From NCBI RefSeq assembly GCF_000281045.1, contig NW_008246097.1, forward strand, positions 91,741-155,740: a stretch of 64,000 bases of DNA. The letters are read 5' to 3'. Below the pieces are notes generated by a model that did no database searches, was not told the DNA's origin, and saw only the letters and a program-made list of their open reading frames with translations. Both the position numbers and the translations under genes were made by a program. The stretch comes from Saprolegnia diclina VS20 (Eukaryota). This document shows, in pieces, positions 33,018-43,171 of this stretch (position 1 is its first letter; the number at the start of each line of letters is the position of its first letter).

Positions 33018-34052
33018 ATGAAGACGACGTTGACGACCCTCGCCGTACTCGCGGCGACGACCCACGGCTACTGGGACCAGACGCACATGATCACGACGCA
33101 GATTGCGACGCAGCTCATGCCCGCCGAGGACCTCCGCTATGTGAACGCGCTCCTCTCGACGTGGAACGCTGACTTCCCCAACACGGGCGATGCCACGACC
33201 GCGACCATCTGGGCCGACCTCGTCAAGTGCGACTCGGTCGTCTCGACGTTCTGCCCGTCGCCGGCGCACCCGTCGGCGCACAACCAGGACGACTGGCACT
33301 ACACCGACCTCCCGCTCAACGTCGACGGCACCGACTACATGGGCTTGACGTCCAAGGACGTGGCCAAGCTCATTGCGCTCTCGCCGGACGGTAGCGCGCT
33401 TACGGTCCTCCCCAAGGCCCTCAACACGTTCAAGACGACGCAGTCGACGTGGGCGGCCAACTTTGCGCTCCGCTACATCCTCCACATCTTCACGGACCTC
33501 CACCAGCCGTGCCATGCGTCGACGGGCGTCTCGCCCAAGTGGCCCGGTGGCGACGTTGGTGGCAACAAGTACAAGTTCCGCGCCACGTGCGACGGCGCCG
33601 GCAACCTGCATGCGTACTGGGACTCGGTCGCCGGCAAGTACGGCTCGATCAACTGGAGCCCGAACATGACGGCCGACTCGCCCAACCGCCAGACGATCAA
33701 CGAGATTGCGCGCAGCCTCACTGCCACGTACGGCAACACGACGGACGTCGCCAACTTTGGCCAGTACGCCAACCTCCCGTTTGCCGACTTTGCCAAGTCC
33801 TTTGCGGGCCCGGCCCTCAACAGCGTCATGGCCACGTCGTACGACCTCGCGCGCTTCGTCACGTACAAGGGCATCGACCTGACGCTCGACGCCAGCGACA
33901 AGATCGCGTGCCCCGACGAGACCTACAAGAAGGCGACCATCGAGACGCTGGAACGCCAGGCGTATGTCGGCGGCGCGCGCCTTGCGGTGGTTCTGAGCCA
34001 AATCGCGCGCCAGATCAAGGCCTTGGGCCTCGTCACGCCCGGCGCGTGCTAA
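33018..34052 (+). CDS. Secreted S1/P1 nuclease, copy 3
   Basis: MKTTLTTLAVLAATTHG-YWDQTH, WADLVK, WHYTD, HIFTDLHQPCH and NLHAYWD. Confidence 0.95.
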   Translation: MKTTLTTLAVLAATTHGYWDQTHMITTQIATQLMPAEDLRYVNALLSTWNADFPNTGDATTATIWADLVKCDSVVSTFCPSPAHPSAHNQDDWHYTDLPLNVDGTDYMGLTSKDVAKLIALSPDGSALTVLPKALNTFKTTQSTWAANFALRYILHIFTDLHQPCHASTGVSPKWPGGDVGGNKYKFRATCDGAGNLHAYWDSVAGKYGSINWSPNMTADSPNRQTINEIARSLTATYGNTTDVANFGQYANLPFADFAKSFAGPALNSVMATSYDLARFVTYKGIDLTLDASDKIACPDETYKKATIETLERQAYVGGARLAVVLSQIARQIKALGLVTPGAC

Positions 34053-34734
34053 GCTGGACGCCACTTGTCTACACTGCACCGTAGAGGACTATAATACATG
34101 GGCGTATATATGTTCGATGTGGATCAATGGAGCTGCTACAACACAGCGGCACACTGCGATCTTGGCATCGGTGCCGGACGAGTGCCATTTGAGCCAGGGA
34201 CGATCAGCAACCGAACCTTGGTTGGCGGCCAAGTCGGGGCAGTTGCGCAGCGTAATAAGGAGCCAGAGGTGGACGGCGGTCTGAAATCAGATTCGAAGCA
34301 ACTCTTTGATAGCCGCCTGTATATCGCGAAATCGCATGCCTCAGCTCACGCGGGATAGCGAAGCTGATAGCGCTCCTGATATGTCGACGTTATGGGTTGT
34401 TGCATACACCTCAACAAAGTTTGTTCCTATCTCGGCCTCCACAGAGCCCAACGCTTTGGATTCGCTTTGGCTAAAGACAGTCTTGTTCGCGTACGTGTAC
34501 GCAAAACGACGGGCGCACCGAGTGTGGGACTCTCACTGCTCGTCGTCATGACGTCGTTGTACTCTGAAGGTACTCGAGATGCGGTTCCATAGACACTGGG
34601 TACGACCAGCATCTCGCGTGCGATGTACTACACTGCACACCAGGTGCATGGACGACGCGCGATGCAATGACTTCAAGCCCTCAATGTCCAGATTCACAGA
34701 GTGATTAGTTACTATTTTACCAGACCCACCAATT

Positions 34735-35736
34735 ATGCGACTCACGACGCTGGCCGTGTATGCTACGACGACCGCCGTCGCCTTCTGGGACGCGGGCCAC
34801 GAGACGGTCGCGGAGATTGCGACGCAGCTTTTGCCCAAGGACGACGTGGCGACTCTCAACTCGATTCTGAGCCGCTGGAACAGCCAGTTTCCCAACACGG
34901 GCGAACTCACGACAGCGGCGATCTGGCCCGACCTGATCAAGTGCAGCTCCAAGGCGCCATACTGCCCGTCGCCGCTGCTGCCGTCGCTCTACTGGCTCGA
35001 CGAATGGCACTACCTCGACTTGCCGCTCAACGTCAACGGCACTGATTGGCATGGCCTCACGTCCAAGGACGGCGACAAGCTCATCGCGGCGTCGATCGGC
35101 GGCAAGGCCATCGACACGCTCAACAACGCACTCTCGACCTTTGGCAAAACAGGCTCCAACTGGTCGGCCAACTTGATGCTGCGGTTCCTTCTGCACACGT
35201 TTGGCGACGTGCACCAGCCGCTTCACACGGTGGCTGGTATCTCGGCCGATTTTCCCAACGGCGACAACGGCGGCAACAGCTACCAGTTTGCGCAGCCGTG
35301 CAACGCGGGTTCCAACCTCCACGGAATCTGGGACAGCGGTGCCAACTTGTACCCGGTCAACTGGAGCCCCAACGTCAACGACCCGAACCGGCTGGAGATC
35401 ACGAAGAACGCGACGGCGCTCATCGCCAAGTTCCAGGGCCAGCCCGATGCGCTCAACTTTGCGCAGTTTGCGGGGCTGTCGTACCCGGACTTTCTCAAAG
35501 CGATGAAGAAGACGGGGATCCCGTCCGTCTTTTTCGAGTCGTACGACCTTGCCCGCTCCGTCGTCTACAAGGGCATTGATTTGACCGTCAGTAACGGCAA
35601 GGTGCCGTGCCCGACGCCCGAGTACCAGGCCAAGCTCCTCGCAACGTTCGAGCAGCGCGTGTACACGGCCGGCTCGCGCCTCGCGGTGATTTTGAGCCAA
35701 GTCGCCAAGCAACTCCGGTCCGCCACGCTCTTGTAA
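34735..35736 (+). CDS. Secreted S1/P1 nuclease, copy 4
   Basis: MRLTTLAVYATTTAVA-FWDAGH, WPDLIK, WHYLD, HTFGDVHQPLH and NLHGIWD. Close paralogue of copy 2. Confidence 0.95.
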   Translation: MRLTTLAVYATTTAVAFWDAGHETVAEIATQLLPKDDVATLNSILSRWNSQFPNTGELTTAAIWPDLIKCSSKAPYCPSPLLPSLYWLDEWHYLDLPLNVNGTDWHGLTSKDGDKLIAASIGGKAIDTLNNALSTFGKTGSNWSANLMLRFLLHTFGDVHQPLHTVAGISADFPNGDNGGNSYQFAQPCNAGSNLHGIWDSGANLYPVNWSPNVNDPNRLEITKNATALIAKFQGQPDALNFAQFAGLSYPDFLKAMKKTGIPSVFFESYDLARSVVYKGIDLTVSNGKVPCPTPEYQAKLLATFEQRVYTAGSRLAVILSQVAKQLRSATLL

Positions 35737-36034
35737 GCCAAATAAGGATCGTCAAGGTCATCGGATATACGCAAAGAACTCGAAACATTGATATTTCGGC
35801 TGCGCATTTGTCATCGATACGGTTGGCATCGCATAGCCTCTTGCAATACGCTGCAACAAGCTACGACTCCTCGGATTCGAGAGGGTCGACACAAGCTCAC
35901 AGCGTACTAGAGTGTGACGGGACTGCGCATGTACCTCCGAAAGAGGGCCAATTATTGCCATAAAATTGGGATTTTGTCCGCTTACGGCGTTCCCACCCCC
36001 GTCTAGTTTCATTTGCGCAGCCGTTTCAGCAACG

Positions 36035-37443
36035 ATGATCCGCGATGGCAAGCCGCTCGTGCCCCCCGTGTAGGCTACGACCCCATTTACTTAATTAAAG
36101 GACTTGGAGCTAGAGACTTTCACGCGCCGTCGCAGGTTGACGAAGGGTCCCAGCTGGCCGAGGCGACGCCGCAAATCGACTTGCCCCAGCGCATGGACGC
36201 CCCCCTCGTCGTGAGTGCACCCCTATTCGCTAGCCAGAGAAAGCGTGCTCTCTAGATGAACACGCCCGAGCGCCTACCGAGCATGACGCGGGACGCACGG
36301 GTGCGGCAGCTCGTCTTCTCCGTTCGGTCGATCGCCAAGCGCAAGTACGAGCGCACGCACAGCATTCCGCTGCCCCCCGAGACGATCAACTTGGACCAGC
36401 CGCTCGAGACTGCCCACGACTCGAAGCGCCTCAAGGACTATGCCATGCTCGTCCGTCCTCTTTTTCAAAATGCTAGTTTGAAGTGGTATCGCAAACGTGT
36501 AGGCAGCATCGAGCAAGCGCGCAGGGCGGACCGATGCCGAAGCGACAGCTTATTTTGCGTACACTATCGTCCTTGCATCGGGTGTGTACAATATTGTCTG
36601 TAGCATGGGTGTCATCCACGACAACGTCGACGAGTTTGAGCGTGCGATCGACATGTACAAGAAGGCATTGGCGCTGCTCAAGGACTCGGACAAACTGGCG
36701 TTCCAAGGCCTCGTGCATTCGTGCATTGGTGTCGACTACCAAGTATGACAGATCATTGCTGCATCGTATGGGCAATGCCACAGCGTAGCTCCTCGCGTCG
36801 GGGCACACGGCGTACACGGGCCGGTTCTTAGCGCCCGAGAGCCCCGAGCTGGAGCAAGCGCTCATGTTTCATCAAAACCACCTCGACCTCAACATGGACG
36901 ACGCCGGCACGTTTGTATCTTACACAAACCTTGGCTTGACGCTCGGGAGCCTCGGGCGCGTACGTACGAACGGGCGACTACGACCTCACTGTTTCTAGTT
37001 TGTGGACGCGGCAAAACACCACCAAGAAGCTCTGCGTCTTGCGATTCGGCTCAACAGCGCCTATGGCCAAAGCATCGCCGTGGGCAACCTCGGGCTTCTC
37101 GCAAGCCGCCAAGTCGGTTACCCCTTCCTCGACACCCCACGAGAAATATACGATGTAGGGCGACGTGGCCACGGCCCGCGCGTGCATGGACCAGCACCTC
37201 CAGCTCATCCAGACGGTCCAAGACCGGTCGGCCGAAGTGAACGCGTGGATGCAGCTCGGGTTCCTCGCAACGCGCGAGCTCAAGCACGACAACGCCGCGC
37301 GGTACTTTGAACAGGCGTACCAACTCGCCAAAGACCTCCGCGAGATCGGCATGATGAAGCAAGCGAGCTGCTACCTCGGCATTGCGCGCGGCTGCGTGCA
37401 CATGCATACGTTCTTTGCGCGTCTGCAGCCCACAGCGTTGTGA
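36035..37443 (+). CDS. Tetratricopeptide-repeat protein, spliced
   Basis: TPR-like helices GVIHDNVDEFERAIDMYKKALAL, YTNLGLTLGSLG, AAKHHQEALRLA...AVGNLG and AWMQLG...AARYFEQAYQLA. Start approximate. Confidence 0.8.
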
Positions 37444-37505
37444 GCGACCGCGTCCGGAACACAAATATGTTCATTTGAAGATAACGACAGTGGAGAATAT
37501 TGTCA

Positions 37506-38234
37506 TTAGTTGGCGGCGAGTGCTTGGCGCAACGCATCAATGCGCTTGAGGTGGGTGTCGTTGATGGCGCCGACGATCTGCTTGCGCACGATACGCACGT
37601 CGTCGTCGCCGCGGATCGATGCATCGAGGTACCCGAGCACCTACACGAGAGACATGATGTAGCGGTGTCACAAGAGGGGGAGACAACGTACAGCTTCAAA
37701 CTCGAATTCGAGGCCGCCGGCGCGCTGTTCCAGCTGCGCCTTGGTGGGCCGCGACGTTGTTCGGCGTGGCGCGGGCGGTGCCTCATCAGTATCGCGGTCG
37801 AGACGCTCCAGCTCTGCGTCGACATCGAAAGAATCCCACTTTGTCTTGAGCTTTCTCCCTGTCGAGTCGAAATGGTAATCTAAACCAGCATGAGAGACGC
37901 GCCGCCGACGACGGTTGTTACAAGAATTCAGGCTGCCATCGTCGACGGCGGCTTCTTCGGCCGGCGGTGCTAGGAACGCCTTGACGTCCACCTCGAGTGC
38001 GTCGAGCTTGGAGCGCACGGCGTCGACGATGGTCTGCACCTCGTCCAGCAGCTGCAGCGCCTTCTTCTTCTGCTGCACATGCCTACGCGAGCGCATACGT
38101 GGGCCATTGCAGGAGCAGCGAGCGATTGTCGCGTACGCTGGCTCGGTCGTCGCGCGGTACACGACGTACGAGAGGGCGGCGATGCTGGTGACGACGGCCG
38201 GGAGGTGCCACCACGGGCTCGGACTCGGTCGCAT
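37506..38234 (-). CDS. N-terminally anchored BAG-domain-like co-chaperone, spliced
   Basis: TM WWHLPAVVTSIAALSYVVY; C-terminal LEFEFEA..LGYLDASIRGDDDVRIVRKQIVGAINDTHLKRID matches the BAG helix 2-3 pattern (LD...R..RK..V). Confidence 0.6.
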
Positions 38235-39074
38235 GCTGCGCAAAATGGCCTGGCTAAAGCGACGCCAATCACACGGACCAATCAGCGTAGCGCATACTGG
38301 GCCAAAGACGTGCATTTCGACCAATGGAACTGCGATGCGTTATGGACGCGCCACGTCATGCATCTCGCGACTTGCTGGCGTCAACAGCAAGGGCGTGGCA
38401 GAAGCGCAAGGCAAGGTAGCGTTGGCAACGCAGTCACGTCTGCCTCTCGCAGTACTTGGTGCCAGTGCGGGTAGACGTCTTGAGCAATCGTTGTGGACGA
38501 GCAGGGCATCGCAACATCAGGCTATGCCTCACATCATCGGCCAAGACTTGTAGAAGTAGCTTTGGCACGCAGCGCCAACACCAAAGTCGACAGCACGATA
38601 CATGAACGTCGTCGTCATACGTGTCGCCATCGGTATCGGGCGCAACGACCTTGGACTAGATGTCTTGCCCGCTCGCGACTCCGGCTGCCGAGACATCCTG
38701 ATTCTGGGTGCATCTACTAGTATAGTATAGCTTGTATGATAGTTGCTGCTTGGCCCGGCTTGGCTCTCTGCGGCGAACGTCTTGCAGGGAGCGCTGACGT
38801 GCGCTGCAGCTTCACGGTCGGTGAGCCCAACATGCTTGACCATGCGCACGTGCGTTCGCGCGCACTTGAAGTTCTAGAACATTGGAGAAGCTCCGATCTC
38901 GTATTTTTGTGGCGAGAGGCGAAATAAAATGACGGAAAATAATTTGCACATAGTTAAACCAAATGGAAAGGAGTGGCGCTGTATTTTATTTGAGGCGAGC
39001 TTTGTATCGCGCCGTTTGTGGGGCCCATTTTCCGAAAAAAGATATTTCCCCCAGAGGACACCAAGACAGACGCC

Positions 39075-40507
39075 ATGTCGATCAAGCTCTTCATCAAGAA
39101 CGAGGTAGACGCCCATGAGGCCATGGCGCGAGAGGCCCTCATGCGTATGCTGCTACGTAGATCCACTCGATCCAGCTCCAGTTCGACGTGAACGATAGCA
39201 TTGCCGCCGTCAAGGTGCGTCGATCGATGCCCATCATGCGGCTTACCGGTGCGTGTAGGCTGCATACCAGAAGAGCGGCAAGGTGCAAGGCCGCTTGGAC
39301 TACATTGTGCTGCTTCATCGCGGCAAGGAGCTCCAGGACGAAAAGTCGATCGCCGAGCATGGCATCAACGACGGCGCGATCTTGGTCCACATTGAGACCT
39401 TGCACGAGCCGTTCCGGCCCGTCAACTACGCGGTCCTCGCCGATGCCATCAAACAGCGCCACTTGCACGAACAAGCCAACCTCAAGATGATGCAGCAAGG
39501 TACGCAGGTCCATGATTCTCTTGCACTCAGCTCTTTCCTGCATTAGACAATATTTGGGCCGCGGGCGAAGGCAGGATGCACGGGCAAGCGAGTCGGCGCT
39601 CATCGTGGTGTAGATGGCACGATGCATCACTTGGGCTTTGACAAGAGCATCATCTCGCGGTCGTCGCCGAAGAGCACGCCGTTGCCGCGCCAAAAGAGTA
39701 TGTCCTTATTCTGCTCCAAGGTGACTAAGATCGTTCCCTGCACAGGCTCGGGCCGCACGTTCTTCAACCAAGTGTCAGTGCTCGTCAACGGCTGCAGCTA
39801 CCACGTTTTGCCCAGGTAGCGACAAAGTAGTACGTCCCCTGGCCTCATTTCTCTTGAGTAGCATGGAAGGTCGCTGGAATGGCGAGCTCGAGTCGATTCC
39901 GTCGCAAGACGAAGGCACGCAAGTGTGCTCGTGCGAACTCACGTTCCGCGAGGAAGGTATCACGAAGCGTCCCCCATTCCCGCGTACTCATGGGCACAGA
40001 AGGCGTGTGGAACCTGCGCCAGATGCGCACGTCAATCAGCGGTCTCACAACGACGCAGCACTTGTGGATCAAGCCCGCGGCCGACGGCGTCCTCAAGGTA
40101 GAGTCGGATCGGCCTCTTTTGCGCGTGTGGCTGAGTTTATTGCTAGCTCGAGACGGACGACCCGTCGTTGCGCGGCAGCGACATTACGATGCGCGAAGTG
40201 GGTGCCAACATTTTGATCATCACGGCGACCTCCAAGCGCACAGGTAACACATCAACACTCGTCGTTCTTGCCTCATGCGTGGTCGGGCAGGTCGCCCGGT
40301 CATGGTGGAGACCATCACGTCCATCGACAGCACCCGCCGCCTCCGCACGGTCCAGCGCTTTGATGAGACGGGCGGCTTCCGCTTTGTCTACGTCATGAAC
40401 GAACGACGGTACGACCGGCTTCTGTCACGCATGCCGGCTCACGCCATAAGGGTAGGGTCGTCGACGCCGTCTCGGGGGCCATGGAGCGCTACGACCCCAA
40501 TTTTTAA
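39075..40507 (+). CDS. Ubiquitin-like N-terminal domain fused to a predicted beta-barrel domain, many introns
   Basis: MSIKLFIKNE...DVNDSIAAVK...IVLLHRGKELQDEKSIAEHGINDGAILV (Ubl); C-terminal alternating beta-strand pattern beginning MEGRWNGEL. Confidence 0.65.
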
Positions 40508-40563
40508 GACGTTCTATCTGCATAACAGCCAAACAATGAACCGAGTGTGTTGATATGACGAGG

Positions 40564-40911
40564 CTACGTGCGGGCCATGACGTGCGACTTGATGTCGTTG
40601 ATGTAGTTCATGCTGTAGCTGCCGCGCCGACGCAGCTCGCTGCGGAACGACGTGGGCACGATGGGCGTTGGGTTGCTCGCATCGTTCTTCTGGCTCTCGC
40701 CTCGCTCATGGGTCGCGATCGCAAGCAGTGGCAGCAAGAGGAGCAGGTAGAGCCCCGCGAGCACGAGCAGGCCCGCGGCCACGTAGCCCTTGTGGGGCAT
40801 GGGCAGGCTGTACACCTCGAGCGCGAACATGCGGATGTGCAGGCCGAGGTCAATGCGCCCGCCCAGGTAGCCAAAGCTCACGAGGACGAGGGCGACGAGC
40901 GGGTTGATCAT
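40564..40911 (-). CDS. Small hypothetical membrane protein (115 aa)
   Basis: Two hydrophobic segments; GC3-biased codons. Confidence 0.6.
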   Translation of the reverse strand: MINPLVALVLVSFGYLGGRIDLGLHIRMFALEVYSLPMPHKGYVAAGLLVLAGLYLLLLLPLLAIATHERGESQKNDASNPTPIVPTSFRSELRRRGSYSMNYINDIKSHVMART

Positions 40912-41173
40912 CGCCGTCTCGGTGTGTGGTCCGAGGCCGGCTATCCGGATTTCAATCGCAACCGGACGCCGACATTTTCGTCAATTGTGCCGGAAAGTAA
41001 AATTAAATTTAAAAATTAAATTGCTTTTGCATTGCAATTGCTCGTGCGAATCGCCAATTGCATCGACTAACTAAAGAGTCAAGTAGTAAAACAGTAGACA
41101 GTAGAGCGCAAGAAAGATGGGTTCGATCCCCATTTGAGTGCTTTAGTTCCTTCTGTACATATGTACAAAGTGT

Positions 41174-42620
41174 CTACAAGGTCCAGACAAGGTAGATGTT
41201 GCAGACCACGTACGCGATGAGGAGTGCAATGCCATCGCGGGGGCTAAGGCCAATGAAGAAGCCCTTGGACTTGGTGCAGCACGCGCAAATGACACCGCGA
41301 AAGTTGAGCACCAAGTAGGCAAAGATGATGGCCGCGAGCCACTTCCAGAGCACCGACTCGTTCTGGAACGGCAGCACAATCTAGACACCAAATGTATCAG
41401 ATCCAGATCCGGAAACATTGCGAGCTCGTCTTACCACGCCGTGAAACAAGTTGTACATGAGCCACGGAAAGCCGCTGCCGAGCGTGACGTTGATGACCTG
41501 GGACCCGACGGCGTTGCAGACGGCTGCGTCCGCATGCCCAGCGCGGGCGAGCGCGACCGACGCGATTGCATCCGGGATCTGCGCGCCGAGCGCGAGGAGC
41601 GTCACACCGGCGACGGTCGTCGAGAGGTGCAGGCTCGTGCTCAGAATGCGCGTGAGGAGGAGCGCGCCGGCCGAGAAGAGCGCGACGTACGTAATCGAGA
41701 GCACGAGCGTGAGCGGGTAGTACGCCCGCGTCGGCGACTCGACGTTGCACTCGGGCAGCGTGTACGCAAAGAGGAGTCGGTACGGGCGCGACGCAAGGTC
41801 CACGATTTCAAGCACCACTTCGACGACGCAGTTGGTCGACGCCGCTATAGGTACAATGAGACATCCAGTACAGACAAGACTTTAACGTACGGGTCTCGTC
41901 GGTGGAAATGGCGGTCGTGCCATACGTCGTCGGCAAGAGCGGGTGCGCCGGGTGCAGCGCTTGGTCGAGCATGTGCGCGTCCTTCCCAGCCGGCGTCGTA
42001 AAGTTGTGCGCGTCGTCGCCCTCCGTCGGGTGGCGCGCGCGGATCCAAATGGGCACAAAGATCGCGAGCATGTACAGCACGTAGATGCCACAGAGCAGCG
42101 CCGAGTTCCACGCCGAGACGACCGAGTCGACCATGATGTAGACGAGCGCGCCGAGGCTAAAGATGTACGCGAGCGAGTCGCGCACGACGGGGCCCCACGA
42201 GACGGCGAGCGGCGTCGGTGACACGAGTGCGCATAGCGCGGGAATGAGCGCGAACGCGATGATGGCCGAGCCCTGGATCGCCGACAAGCTCGACTCCATC
42301 GACTCGATCTGGCCCTCGGCGGTCGCGACCGCGTTGAGGAGGATCTCAGGTGCCGCGCTGCCAAAGGCGAGGAAGCTCGCGCCTGCGGCCTCTTCCGGGA
42401 TCTTGAGCTTCTCGCAGAGCGTCTCGATCGCGGGCACGAGGTAGTCGTCGCACACGATCGCGAGGCCGAGGAAGAGGTAGAGGAGGCCGACGATCGCGAG
42501 GACGGCGTCCCAGCCCGCGTAGGTGGCGGCCTCGAGGGTGGGCGAGAGCGTAGCGTTGGCGGTCGTCTGCGCAGAGACGGCGGCGGCCATGGCGGCGGCG
42601 GCGAGGACGCGGCGAAGCAT
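41174..42620 (-). CDS. Cation/Ca2+ exchanger (CaCA superfamily, NCKX-like), spliced
   Basis: LAIVCDDYLVPAIE, AAGASFLAFGSAAPE and AGVTLLALGAQIPDAIAS...AVCNAVGSQVINV. Confidence 0.92.
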
Positions 42621-43171
42621 CCGAACACTCGCTGGTTGTGGGGTGATTGCCAAAGTGATTTCGAAATTGTCGCGCACGATAACCGGATGATGCAAGAATG
42701 CACTTTATTTTCCGGAATTTCGCCAAGATTCATAGGGCCACCCCCGTCTTGCTCGGCCCCAACGTGCACGCATTTACTAGGTGGGGGATCCAAAAAAGCG
42801 GGTATTTAGTAGGTCCCATTGAGGGGTCCCATTACAATGCCAACGTGACGCGGCCTGATCCAGGAGCCTCCATCCTTGACCTGGCACAGCTTTCTGGCGT
42901 CAACTTGTGCACAAAGTTGATAATTTACACAACGTGTTATCGTACAAATACCAAGGGCTAGGTGTACGAGCCATTTACTGTAGTCACCGCAATAGTCGCC
43001 GCTTGTCATACCGGCAGCTAGAACCGCCCGCTCGAATAGAGGCGCCTGCTAGAGAAGTGGAGCAGCAACCATGGCGCGACCACCTCGTGCAACATGATAC
43101 GTTGTATCACTTCACAGAGTAGCATTGATATCGAATTAGAAACTCCTCATTGCTCTCGAATGGGCGGCAGC

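Noticed and set aside
29248..35712. Long ORFs antisense to each S1/P1 nuclease (293-391 aa)
   Set aside because: They mirror the real genes in register, as expected from codon bias.
39075..39110. Crinkler-type N-terminus in MSIKLFIKNE
   Set aside because: No LxLFLAK or HVLV motif; better explained as an ordinary ubiquitin-like domain.
18846..42620. Two CaCA exchangers as a functional cluster
   Set aside because: About 20 kb apart, different subfamilies and separated by unrelated genes.
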